Of a stretch of 64,000 bases of DNA, positions 25,138 to 34,317 are shown piece by piece. This DNA is from an uncultured Haloferula sp. GTDB taxonomy: Bacteria > Verrucomicrobiota > Verrucomicrobiia > Verrucomicrobiales > Akkermansiaceae. The position numbers and the translations under genes were made by a program. The notes under the pieces were generated by a model. That model was not told the origin of the DNA. It did not search any database and saw only the letters and a list, made by a program, of their open reading frames with translations. The DNA is taken from the NCBI GenBank assembly GCA_965652295.1, contig CBFGTS010000006.1, positions 64,001-128,000 on the forward strand, written 5' to 3'. Position 1 is the stretch's first letter; each line of letters opens with the position of its first letter.

Positions 25138-26799
25138 TCACTCCCACTCCTGCTCTACCGCCCGCAGTTGCAGGTGGAGCCGGTTCCACACCTCGGTGCG
25201 CGGCGCGAGCTTCGACTGCCGGTCCGCCAACCGGCGCCGCACGCCGATCAGGCCGCGGCCATAAATCTCAAAAACCTCGCGGATGGCCTCCGCATGGCAC
25301 TCCTTCAAGGGCCCGGAAAAGCGCCCGCTGGCATCCCCGAAATGATCCCTCAAACGGGCAACCAATCGACGCCGGGAAAGCCAGGCAGCCGCCACCCACA
25401 CCAGTCCAAGAGCCGCCGTCAGTGCCCCCGTCACCTTCACCGCCTGCTCGATCCCCAAAGTCCCGGCCACGCCCATCGCGATCACCAGGCAAAGCCAAAG
25501 GGCGAACCAGCCCTTCAGCTTCCGAGCCCGATCGCGGATCGGCCCGTCGAGGGTCGCCCGGATCCGCAGCGAGGAGAGCACCCCCGGCAGCGCACGGCTC
25601 ACATGGGCGGCAAATCTCTCCTCCAGGGTCTCACGGAACTCCAGCACCGTACTCTTCTCGCCGGGCTCCAGATTCATCCGCTCCACCACCCGGGGCCTCA
25701 CCTCGGACCAGTGCCCCTCGCACTCGGAGGTGATCCGTTCGAAATCCCGTTTCGCAAATGCCTCGACGTGCGTCTTCAACCGCTCGGCAAAGCCCGTCTC
25801 CAAGGTCGCGCCCACCGAATCGCCGAACAGCAGCGCCCGCACCGTCCGCAGCACGCCGAGCCGCTGCTGGACGCGTCCCATCAGACGCAGAATCTCACCC
25901 TCGTAAACCGCCCGCTCGCCCGCCAGCACCTTGTCGGAATGCTGGATCAGCAAGTCGCAGAGTTCCCGCGATTCCCGCTCGAGATTCGTCAGGAACCAAT
26001 TGTCGTCGGCCATTCGCCGGCCTTGGCCATCCAGCCCGGCCTCGATTTCACGCAGCCGTCGCAGTGTCTCGTGGAACGCCCGCTCCATCAGGTGACGTCG
26101 ACCGGCAGAGCGGCAGAAGCGCGCTTCGAAATGATCCTCCAAGGCCTCCAGTGCCGGGGCACCCGATGCGGGACGCGCTGCCACGGCCACGATCGGCAAC
26201 TCGCGACCCACTCTCTTCAAACAAAGCTCCCTCATGTGCCCCCGGATCACCCGCAGGTCTTCGGTGCTTTTCTGGTCCGACCGCTGGACGATCAGCGACG
26301 TCCGTTCCAGCGCGTCATCGCTGAGATGGCTCACGAATTCCCAGCTCGCCGCCGTCCACGTGTTTTCCGCGGGGAAAACCACCAGCAGCAGGTCCGCGTG
26401 CTCAAACGCTTCCAGGCTGGCGAAAACCTCGTCGCGCGAGGGGCCGTTGATCCCCGGCGTATCGACCCACTCCAGCTCGGCCAGGGCTTCGGCGGACGAG
26501 TGCTCCACCGCCCAACCGGCACCGGCCGCATCCTTCACGCCGGTATAAAGCGTCGTCTCCTTCGTCGTCGGCAGGCGCCCGGAGGGGGCGATCGCCTCGC
26601 CTACCACGGCGTTGATCAACGCGGATTTCCCCGCGTTCACTTCGCCGACCACCACCACCCGCCGAGGCCGCAGCAATTCAGCCAGGGCCTCACCCGTCAC
26701 AGGACGCGGTTCCAGCCTCACGTCCGCTGCCAGACCTTCGATCCGGCGGCAGCATTCTAACAAACGATCCCGCGTCCGGTGGAAACGCTCACCCCACAT
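25138..26799 (-). CDS. Bacterial dynamin-like GTPase
   Basis: G1 GEVNAGKS, G2 PTT, G3 DTPG, helical stalk and two C-terminal hydrophobic helices. Confidence 0.8.
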   Translation of the reverse strand: MWGERFHRTRDRLLECCRRIEGLAADVRLEPRPVTGEALAELLRPRRVVVVGEVNAGKSALINAVVGEAIAPSGRLPTTKETTLYTGVKDAAGAGWAVEHSSAEALAELEWVDTPGINGPSRDEVFASLEAFEHADLLLVVFPAENTWTAASWEFVSHLSDDALERTSLIVQRSDQKSTEDLRVIRGHMRELCLKRVGRELPIVAVAARPASGAPALEALEDHFEARFCRSAGRRHLMERAFHETLRRLREIEAGLDGQGRRMADDNWFLTNLERESRELCDLLIQHSDKVLAGERAVYEGEILRLMGRVQQRLGVLRTVRALLFGDSVGATLETGFAERLKTHVEAFAKRDFERITSECEGHWSEVRPRVVERMNLEPGEKSTVLEFRETLEERFAAHVSRALPGVLSSLRIRATLDGPIRDRARKLKGWFALWLCLVIAMGVAGTLGIEQAVKVTGALTAALGLVWVAAAWLSRRRLVARLRDHFGDASGRFSGPLKECHAEAIREVFEIYGRGLIGVRRRLADRQSKLAPRTEVWNRLHLQLRAVEQEWE

Positions 26800-26825
26800 G
26801 GCGGCGGACGCGTGGAGGGTTCCGA

Positions 26826-27710
26826 TTACTGGGCTTCCGCGTTGGCGGCCTGCGAGGGAGCCTCGGAAGGCTTCATCGCCAGCAGCTGCGACACGGTCAC
26901 GAACTTGTATCCCTTGCGCAGCAGCCCGTCCAAAGTGGCGGGCATGGCATCCACCGTCGGCGCGTGCAAATCGTGCGCCAGGATGATCGCGCCCGGCGTG
27001 GTGCCGCTGATGATGCGCGAGGTGACCACCGAAGGCCCCGGACGCTGCCAGTCACGCGGATCGACCGACCACATGATGGTGGGGTAGTTGAACTCCGAGC
27101 GGATCCACTCGCGTTGCGTTTGCAAAAGCGCGCCATACGGCGGCCGGAGCGTCCGCGGCTGCACCCCGGTGGCCCGGACAATCGCCTCACGCGTCTTTAC
27201 CAGCTCCGAGCGCACAGCGTCGTTGCTGAGCTTCGTCATGTTGCGGTGCGTGTAGGTGTGGTTGCCGATCTCGTGACCTTCGGCGACGATCCGACGGGTG
27301 ATCGCCGGGTAGAGGTCCACGTTGCGGCCGATCACATAAAACGTTGCCTTGATGTTGCGGTCGCGCAGCATGTCGAGCAGCCGCGGCGTATTCTGCGGGT
27401 GCGGGCCGTCGTCGTAGGTCATCGCGATATACGGCTGCGTGGTGGAGACGCGGGAAAAGGTCACCCCCTCGCGACCGAAACGGGACGGCAGGTTGATGTC
27501 CGGATTCTTCGGCACCGGGCCCGACGTCCGCGGCGTCGAGTAGGCGCGGTTCGACGGGCTTTTCACCGGAGCGGCGGCCTCGGATTGGGCGGCTTCGTTC
27601 CCGGCGGTTTTGTCCGCGTTCGAGCAGCTTCCCAGCGTGGTGCCGAGAAGCCAGCAAGCGAGGAGACGGGAGGCGAACTTCATGAGGAAAGACAGGTTGG
27701 TGCGAGGCAT
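26826..27710 (-). CDS. Polysaccharide deacetylase (CE4/NodB), probable lipoprotein
   Basis: TYDDGP, HTYTH, RPPYG, WSVDPRDW and LAHD motifs; LGSC lipobox-like sequence; exact start uncertain. Confidence 0.9.
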   Translation of the reverse strand: MPRTNLSFLMKFASRLLACWLLGTTLGSCSNADKTAGNEAAQSEAAAPVKSPSNRAYSTPRTSGPVPKNPDINLPSRFGREGVTFSRVSTTQPYIAMTYDDGPHPQNTPRLLDMLRDRNIKATFYVIGRNVDLYPAITRRIVAEGHEIGNHTYTHRNMTKLSNDAVRSELVKTREAIVRATGVQPRTLRPPYGALLQTQREWIRSEFNYPTIMWSVDPRDWQRPGPSVVTSRIISGTTPGAIILAHDLHAPTVDAMPATLDGLLRKGYKFVTVSQLLAMKPSEAPSQAANAEAQ

Positions 27711-27772
27711 CAGAGTAGGCGGATCATGCCCTTTGCCGGGCATATGTCACGCATCCATTTCCCGGGAACCCT

Positions 27773-28633
27773 TCAAATCCAGCGCCCTAGAAGCGGCCTC
27801 AGCATCTCGACCCGCTCCGCTGGCCACAGCTCGCGCGGAGTCATGATCGCCCCCTCCAGCGCCCGGTGCTCCGGCCAATCCGCCTCCGCCGGAATCTCGG
27901 GAATCGCCGCGGCCAAGACCCGCTTCGCCAGGGAAACGTTGGCCTTGAGGTGCGACATCACCGCCTCGGCCGTGACCGGCACCTCCTCGACCTTCCAGCA
28001 ATCGTAGTCGGTGATCATCGCCAGCGTCGCCAGGGCGATCTCCGCCTCCCGCGCCAGCTTGGCCTCCGGCAGATTGGTCATCCCGATGACGTCGAAGCCC
28101 AGCTTCCGGTTCGCCTCGCTCTCCGCCCGCGTGGAAAACGCCGGCCCGTCCATGTTCACATAGGTGCCGCCATCGTGGACCACCGCTCCGTTCGCCGCCG
28201 CGGCATTCCGCAGAATTCCGCGCAGTCCCCCGCTCACCGGCTCCCCGAACGATACGTGCCCGGCGATCCCGCCACCGAAAAAGGTATGGTGCTCCCGCTG
28301 GCTCGTCCGATCGAAATACTGGTCCGGCAGGACCACGTGGCGTGGCTCGTATTCCTCCCGCAGACTCCCCACCGCCGTCACGCAGATCAAAAACCGCACG
28401 TCCAGCGAACGCAACGCCCAGATATTGGCGCGGTGGTTGATCTCGTGCGGCAGGATGCGATGGCCGCGCCCGTGTCGCGGCAGGAACCACACTTGGCGAC
28501 CCGCCAAGGTCCCGCCCACCAAAGTATCCGAAGGCTCCCCAAAAGGCGTCTCGATCCGTCGTTCCTCCGATTTCTCGAAACCCTCGATTTCGTAAAGCCC
28601 GCTTCCTCCAATGATCCCGATCGCCGCTGACAT
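27773..28633 (-). CDS. mtnP: S-methyl-5'-thioadenosine phosphorylase
   Basis: IGIIGGSGLY, LPRHGRGH, GPAFSTRAES, IGMTNLPEAKLARE and MITDYDCW. Confidence 0.95.
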   Translation of the reverse strand: MSAAIGIIGGSGLYEIEGFEKSEERRIETPFGEPSDTLVGGTLAGRQVWFLPRHGRGHRILPHEINHRANIWALRSLDVRFLICVTAVGSLREEYEPRHVVLPDQYFDRTSQREHHTFFGGGIAGHVSFGEPVSGGLRGILRNAAAANGAVVHDGGTYVNMDGPAFSTRAESEANRKLGFDVIGMTNLPEAKLAREAEIALATLAMITDYDCWKVEEVPVTAEAVMSHLKANVSLAKRVLAAAIPEIPAEADWPEHRALEGAIMTPRELWPAERVEMLRPLLGRWI

Positions 28634-28800
28634 GCCTGCCCCTCTCACAGCAGCAGCCCGTCCATCAATCACGAAAGCTCGCGAGGCCTCCCAGGGCGAT
28701 GAAGCCAGGGAGGATGATGGGCACCCGCCCTTCCGATTTCCCGCAGATGAACGCGGGTGCAGGCATCCAAGTCCCAAGTTACCTTTTTCCATCACAAGAG

Positions 28801-28868
28801 ACGGAGATATACGGAGATCACGGAGAAAGGCAGAGATCTCCCGGCTCTGCGGCCTCCGTACCTCCGTG
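28801..28868. repeat. Inverted ACGGAG/CTCCGT short-tandem-repeat element
   Basis: ACGGAGATATACGGAGATCACGGAG ... CTCTGCGGCCTCCGTACCTCCGTG; a similar right arm occurs at 46546-46569. Confidence 0.6.
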
Positions 28869-29092
28869 CCCGGAAGAATGCCTGTCCCACCGGAAACCTC
28901 CTCGAAGCCTTCGGACGACGACCGGTGAATGCAGCTCAAATCAGCGACCCTTTTCCAACCACCATCCCCCCGCCACTTTTTCCTTTTTCCTCGTCACTCC
29001 CCACTCCTGCCAGGCGCCCGCCCAATCCTTTTCCGGGCTTGATCGTCCTTTCAACCAATCCTCCCCTCGGCAACGCTTCGTTGGAGATCACC

Positions 29093-30835
29093 GTGTCCGA
29101 GCCATCCCGCGAAATCCCCGGCCGCCTGCAGGCCGTCCTTTTCCATGCCAAAACCCGCGCCTTCCAGCTCCGGCGGGTCGTGGCGGACTCGGGCCGCCGC
29201 CCGCTCCGGCATTGCCGCGGCGAGCTCCTGCGCGATGCCCCAGTGGTCGCGGAAGTCCGCACCCTGCTCTGGAACAAGCTCTCACCCGAGGAATTCCCGC
29301 TCACCGCCGGAAAAATCCACAATCTCCGCCTCGCCGCCCGCGCCCTCGACGGAATCGAAATCCCCGCCGGAGAAGTCTTCAGCTTTTGGCGGCAGCTCGG
29401 CCGCACCACCCGCCGACGCGGTTTCACCGCCGGCCGCGAACTGCGCGAAGGCTGCCTGGTGCCCTCCGTCGGCGGAGGGCTCTGCCAACTCACCGGCCCA
29501 CTTTATCAGGTCGCGCTTATCGCTGGCTTCACCATCGTCGAGCGCCATGCCCATTCGAGGGTGATCGCCGGTTCGTCGGCCGAGGCCGGACTCGATGCCA
29601 CGGTGTTCTGGAACTACGTCGATCTCCGCTTCCGCTCCGACCACCTGTGGCGGCTGGAAGTCACTCTGGATGCCAGCGATTTGATCGTCCGCATCCGCAG
29701 CCTCGTCCCGGGCGAAACCCTGCCACCGCGAACCCCGCGACCGACGAACCCGCCCCGGCCGGCCGCGCAGGGCGATTGCCTTACCTGCGGCCAGACCGCC
29801 TGCTTCCGCCATCCCGCCGCCACCTCCGCCCATGCGCCGGCGCTGGGGCACTCGACCTATCTGCTCGATGCCTGGTGGCCCGAGTTCGACCGCTGGTGTG
29901 TGGAACACGCCCGTCCTGGGGATCGGTGGCTGACACCGCTCGACGGCTATCGCTGGAAAAAACCCAACTACGGCTGGTCGCTCACCTCTCATCACGAAGT
30001 CGGCCACGCCACGCTCACCACCCTGCTCCGGGCGTGGACCCAACGGCGACTTCCGGCCCAAGGTTCCCTCCGCCAGCAGGCTTTGCTCCGCGATGACCAA
30101 CGCCTCGCCGCCGCCCTCGCCCGCAGGATTTCTCCGGAATGCCGCCACCTCGTGGTCTCCCAAAACCTGCTGCCGCATCTCTGGCGGCTCGGGGTGCTCG
30201 GCGGGCGCACCTTCGATGTCCTGATGCTCCGCTGGCCCCTTGCGGAACTCCACCGGCAGCTCGATGAGGCCGCCGCCGCCCAGCCGGACTCGCCGACCCT
30301 CCCGGACTTCCGCGCGCCAGCCGATCTCGTCCGCGACGAGTCCGCCGCCCTCGATCGCGCCGCCCGCCTGATCACTCCGCACACCGCCCTCGCCGCCTGG
30401 GCCGGCGGGCGCGCCTGGGAGATCCCTTGGGAAATCCCGAACACCTCCGTCGTCCCGGCCGCCCCGAGATCCCGCGGCTTGAAACTTTTCCTCCCCTGCT
30501 CGCCGCTCGGCCGCAAAGGCATCCACGAACTCGCCGCGGCGCTCCGCGGACTCGATGCCGAACTCATCGTCCTCGGCAGTGCCCGCGAAGGCGGCCGCGA
30601 TCCGCTCGCCGGTCTGCGCTGGCGCTCCGGCACCGCCGCCGATCTCGCCGACTGCCACGCCCTCCTCCTCCCGGCCTGGATCGAGCACCAACCCCGCCTC
30701 GCCCTCCGCGCCCTCGCGATGGGGCTTCCGGTCATCGCCACCCGCGGCTGCGGCCTGCCCGATCATCCGCAGCTCATCGCCCTCTCCAAGCCCGACCCCG
30801 CCGCCATCACCCAAGCGCTGGCCCAGCTGCCATGA
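29093..30835 (+). CDS. VanW-domain protein fused to a GT-B glycosyltransferase-like domain
   Basis: VanW motifs GEVFSFW, GGGLCQL, ERHAHS and DATVFWNYVDLRF; C-terminal GRKGIHEL...LPAWIEHQPRLALRALAMGLPVIAT; start uncertain (29081 or 29093). Confidence 0.82.
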   Translation: MSEPSREIPGRLQAVLFHAKTRAFQLRRVVADSGRRPLRHCRGELLRDAPVVAEVRTLLWNKLSPEEFPLTAGKIHNLRLAARALDGIEIPAGEVFSFWRQLGRTTRRRGFTAGRELREGCLVPSVGGGLCQLTGPLYQVALIAGFTIVERHAHSRVIAGSSAEAGLDATVFWNYVDLRFRSDHLWRLEVTLDASDLIVRIRSLVPGETLPPRTPRPTNPPRPAAQGDCLTCGQTACFRHPAATSAHAPALGHSTYLLDAWWPEFDRWCVEHARPGDRWLTPLDGYRWKKPNYGWSLTSHHEVGHATLTTLLRAWTQRRLPAQGSLRQQALLRDDQRLAAALARRISPECRHLVVSQNLLPHLWRLGVLGGRTFDVLMLRWPLAELHRQLDEAAAAQPDSPTLPDFRAPADLVRDESAALDRAARLITPHTALAAWAGGRAWEIPWEIPNTSVVPAAPRSRGLKLFLPCSPLGRKGIHELAAALRGLDAELIVLGSAREGGRDPLAGLRWRSGTAADLADCHALLLPAWIEHQPRLALRALAMGLPVIATRGCGLPDHPQLIALSKPDPAAITQALAQLP

Positions 30836-31584
30836 AACTTCTCCCCAGCCTCATGCTGCCGTTTCTCCTCCTGCCCGCCTGCCGGAAATCGGACGCATCT
30901 CCTGACTCCCGCATGCCAGACGCCCCCTCCCCCACCGCTCCAGGACCCGATCGCGCCCGCGCCGCCGCCGGGCGGGTGACGCCCGGATTGACCCGCGATC
31001 TCGCCGCCCGCGGCCTGCGCTTCGGCGATCCGGTGTTCCTCCGCGCCTTCAAGGAGGAACAGAAACTCGAAGTCTGGATCCGCGAACCCGGCCGGGAAAC
31101 CTTCGCCCATTTCCGCACCTACCCCATCGCCGCCGCGTCCGGCACCCCCGGCCCCAAGCTCGCCGAGGGCGACCGCCAGGTCCCCGAGGGCTTCTATTTC
31201 GTCGGTTCCTGCGCCATGAAGCCCGATTCCGATTTCCACCTCGCCTTCAACATCGGCTACCCCAACGCCTACGACCGCCACCACGGCCGTACCGGCAGCG
31301 CCATCATGGTCCACGGCAACCGCGTCTCCATCGGCTGCCTGGCGATGACCGATGAGAAAATCGAGGAAATTTACACCCTCTGCGCCGCCGCCCTGGAAGA
31401 GGGGCAGCCCTTTTTCCGCATCCACATTTTTCCCTTCCGCATGACCCCCGCCCGCATGGACCGCGCCGCGGAAAGCCCGTGGAGCGATTTCTGGCGCAAT
31501 CTCAAGGAAGGCTACGACGCCTTCGAGGAGCACAGCGTCCCGCCCGAGGTCACCGTTTCCGAAGGACGCTACCGGGTCAAATAA
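30832..31584 (+). CDS. YkuD-fold L,D-transpeptidase family lipoprotein (YafK/DpaA-like)
   Basis: LLPAC lipobox; FKEEQKLEVW, GPKLAEGDRQVPEGFY and IMVHGNRVSIGC catalytic His/Cys; ATGA overlap with the upstream gene. Confidence 0.9.
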   Translation: MKLLPSLMLPFLLLPACRKSDASPDSRMPDAPSPTAPGPDRARAAAGRVTPGLTRDLAARGLRFGDPVFLRAFKEEQKLEVWIREPGRETFAHFRTYPIAAASGTPGPKLAEGDRQVPEGFYFVGSCAMKPDSDFHLAFNIGYPNAYDRHHGRTGSAIMVHGNRVSIGCLAMTDEKIEEIYTLCAAALEEGQPFFRIHIFPFRMTPARMDRAAESPWSDFWRNLKEGYDAFEEHSVPPEVTVSEGRYRVK

Positions 31585-32033
31585 GCGCCCGCCTGACCGT
31601 CGAAGAGCCCGCGCACCGAGGGCCGCTGCATCACCACGATCGTCATCACCCCGAGCGCCGTCCCGATCGGAATGTTGAGGCAGTTGAGGCACGCCACCAC
31701 GAACACAAAGGTCGGATGCCGCCGCTGCGACAGCGACCGCCCCGCAAGGAACACCATCACCGCCAACGTCCAGCCGATCACGATGATCAGGCTGCCGATC
31801 GCCACGAACAACCACCCGATCCGAGTCTCCGAGCCCCCGGGAGCCGCGGCAAATCTCCCCGACACCATCGCCAGGCCCATCACCACGTGGATCACCGGGA
31901 TTGACGCTCCGACCGCCACGATTCCCGCGTAAATGTAGTGGAAAATCACCAGCAACTTGATGTGCTCGGCGTCCCTTTGGCGGAGGAAGTAGTCCTCACC
32001 CAGCATCGGCGGCGGCTGATCCATACCCCCCAT
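31569..32033 (-). CDS. Hypothetical membrane protein
   Basis: DAEHIKLLVIFHYI followed by 3-4 TM segments and IPIGTALGVMTIVV. Confidence 0.75.
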   Translation of the reverse strand: MGGMDQPPPMLGEDYFLRQRDAEHIKLLVIFHYIYAGIVAVGASIPVIHVVMGLAMVSGRFAAAPGGSETRIGWLFVAIGSLIIVIGWTLAVMVFLAGRSLSQRRHPTFVFVVACLNCLNIPIGTALGVMTIVVMQRPSVRGLFDGQAGAYLTR

Positions 32034-32104
32034 GAAAGCGATTCCTCCCCCGTCCATCCAGCCTTGTCTCGCCCCGTCGGAGCGATTAACAAGCTCCCGC
32101 GCAA

Positions 32105-32181
32105 GCGCCCGTAGCTCAGTTGGATAGAGCACCCGCCTTCTAAGCGGATGGTCGCTGGTTCGAATCCAGCCGGGCGCGCCA
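32105..32181 (+). tRNA. tRNA-Arg (TCT)
   Basis: GCGCCCG/CGGGCGC acceptor stem, D-arm GCTC/GAGC, anticodon loop CT-TCT-AA, T-loop TTCGAAT and encoded CCA. Confidence 0.97.
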
Positions 32182-32198
32182 TTCCCTCCTCCAAAGAC

Positions 32199-32233
32199 AA
32201 AAACCCCGCCCGGGATGCGCTCCGGACGGGGTT
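32199..32233. terminator. Hairpin terminator between the tRNA and the convergent outer-membrane gene
   Basis: AAAAACCCCGCCCGG...CCGGACGGGGTT with a U-tract on the minus strand. Confidence 0.65.
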
Positions 32234-32254
32234 GGATTTGAGCTAGGCAGGAAA

Positions 32255-33217
32255 TCAGAATTTCCAGACGAGGTCCACGGTCCAGCGGTCGTCGATGACG
32301 CTGTCGTTCTCGTCGGTCAGCGGGATTTCATAGGCGAAGCCCACGTCCACCGAATCGGTGACGCGCGAGCGGAAGCCGACGGCGGCGGTGACCAGATCGC
32401 GGTTCTGGGTCGCGTTGGCGGCACCGAAGTTCAGCAGGTCGTTGCCCTCGAAGGTCGCCACTACCGGCGTGAGGCCGATCGCCTGGCTGAAGTAGTTCGG
32501 GCGGCCGTTGCCGGCGGAGAGCACGTGATGCCAGTTCATTTCCACCAGCGGGATGAACCACGGCAGGACCTCGTAGCTGGCGTGGGCGCTGACGAAGGAA
32601 TTCGTCGCCTGCTGGCCGTCGAAGGGAAGGCGCACGCCGCCGGCGCCGGCGATTTGCAGTTTGTCCCACATCTTCACCGTGGAAAGGATCAGGTTCAGGG
32701 CTCCGTTGCCCTCGCCCTGATAGACGTCGTGGTTGCCGGTGGGGAACTCATAGGTCGCCGTGCCGCTCATCGCGAAGGAGTTCGCCGGATCGTAGATGAA
32801 GGCGTATTTCAGACCGGCGGCGATGTTGGCGAAACCACTCTGCTGCGTCCACAGGGACGGCTGGTCCGGCTTGAAACGCACGTAGCCGTCCTTGGTGGCC
32901 ACCAGCGAAAGGCGCTCGCTGAAGGCAACCTCGAACTGGAGCGCATAGACTTCCACGTGACCGCCCATCGCCAGCGGACCGACGATCGTGTTCACCGACG
33001 ACGGCAGGTTGTGATACATCACGATCGGATGGAGGTTCGTGCCCGGCAGCGCCAGGTCGAACAGGGTCGGGTTCGTCACTGGCTTGCGCGCGCCTTCGAA
33101 ACCGCCGGAAGTGGTGGTTTCGATGATTCCCGGCTCGACGGCAACGGTTCCCGCCAAGGCAGTGGCCGCGCAGGCACCGAGCAGGGCGGTGACCGTGGAA
33201 GAGATGGATTTTCTCAT
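32255..33217 (-). CDS. Putative outer-membrane beta-barrel protein
   Basis: Signal peptide, alternating amphipathic strands and C-terminal WTVDLVWKF barrel signature. Confidence 0.78.
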   Translation of the reverse strand: MRKSISSTVTALLGACAATALAGTVAVEPGIIETTTSGGFEGARKPVTNPTLFDLALPGTNLHPIVMYHNLPSSVNTIVGPLAMGGHVEVYALQFEVAFSERLSLVATKDGYVRFKPDQPSLWTQQSGFANIAAGLKYAFIYDPANSFAMSGTATYEFPTGNHDVYQGEGNGALNLILSTVKMWDKLQIAGAGGVRLPFDGQQATNSFVSAHASYEVLPWFIPLVEMNWHHVLSAGNGRPNYFSQAIGLTPVVATFEGNDLLNFGAANATQNRDLVTAAVGFRSRVTDSVDVGFAYEIPLTDENDSVIDDRWTVDLVWKF

Positions 33218-33416
33218 GGTGGTTGGTGGATTTCGGTTGGTTGACTCCGGTCCTGCCGGATGCCGGAGAGACTTCCCCCGAACTCCACCCACCTGCTAGT
33301 CACCCACCGCCCCAAGCTGCGCATTTCTTGCTCACGGGAAACCTGCGGCCATGAGGCAACCGCGAACGGACGCCAATCGGCGCGAATTCCTGACGAAGGT
33401 CATGAAGATGGCCAAA

Positions 33417-33510
33417 GGTAGGGCGGACCAGGTAGGGCGGACCGGCCCGGTCCGCCGAAGAATCCCGCCGGTGGCGGTGAAATCGGCGCGGCGGCCCGCC
33501 GCGCCCTACC
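33417..33510. repeat. GTAG-type REP doublet (REPIN) with a partial extra copy
   Basis: GGTAGGGCGGACCGGCCCGGTCCGCC ... CGGCGCGGCGGCCCGCCGCGCCCTACC; the left REP is the exact reverse complement of the REPs ending at 59502 and 59595. Confidence 0.85.
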
Positions 33511-33525
33511 GGCCTCAGGAGGCTC

Positions 33526-34317
33526 TCAAAGCTTCGCCGCCTGCCAAGCCGCCTCCATTTCCGCGAGATCGGCCTCTTCCAAAGCCACGCCCTGTTCTTT
33601 CAACGCGGCCTCCATCGCGGCGAAGCGTTGCTCGAACTTCCCGTTCGCCGCCGCCATCACCACCTCCGGATCGAGCCCGCGGAACCGGACGAGATTCACC
33701 ACGGAAAACAGCAGATCGCCCAGCTCTTCGGCCGCCGCCTCGGCGTCGGGCGCGTCGGAGAATTCCTCGATCTCCTCCCGGATCTTGTCCACCACGCCCG
33801 CCTCATCCGGCCAGTCGAAGCCGACCTTCGCCGCCTTCTTCTGGAGCTTGGCCGCGCGCAGCAACGCCGGCAGACCCTTGCCCACGCCGTGGAGATAGGG
33901 CTCCGCGCCCTCACCCTTTTCCGCGCGCTTGATGGCATCCCACTGCTGAAGTACGCCATCCGTCGTAGAAACGGCGCTTTGCCCGAAGACGTGCGGATGC
34001 CGCCGGACGAGCTTTTCGGAAATACCGCGGGCCACGTCGTCGAGATCGAAGCCGCCGTCCTCCGCCGCCAGCTCGCTGTGGAAGACGACTTGCAGAAGCA
34101 GATCGCCGAGTTCCTCCTTCAGGTGCTCGCGGTCGCCGCGGCGGATCGTGTCGACGGTTTCGTAGGCTTCCTCGATCAGGTTCGGGATCAGGCTTTCGTG
34201 CGTCTGCTCCGCATCCCACGGGCATCCGCCGGGGGCGCGCAGGCGGTGCATGATGGCCCGCAGGCGGTCCAGCTGCCGCTCCTTTTCCCGGCAGTCGATC
34301 ATTTCGGCGTCGTTCAT
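33526..34317 (-). CDS. mazG: Nucleoside triphosphate pyrophosphohydrolase
   Basis: GCPWDAEQT, IEEAYE, EELGDLLLQVVFH, KLVRRHPHVF and a second EELGDLLF. Confidence 0.96.
   Translation of the reverse strand: MNDAEMIDCREKERQLDRLRAIMHRLRAPGGCPWDAEQTHESLIPNLIEEAYETVDTIRRGDREHLKEELGDLLLQVVFHSELAAEDGGFDLDDVARGISEKLVRRHPHVFGQSAVSTTDGVLQQWDAIKRAEKGEGAEPYLHGVGKGLPALLRAAKLQKKAAKVGFDWPDEAGVVDKIREEIEEFSDAPDAEAAAEELGDLLFSVVNLVRFRGLDPEVVMAAANGKFEQRFAAMEAALKEQGVALEEADLAEMEAAWQAAKL

Noticed and set aside
32105..32260. tRNA-Arg as an integration site for an island
   Set aside because: No integrase nearby, and I did not find a duplicated tRNA 3' end in the window.
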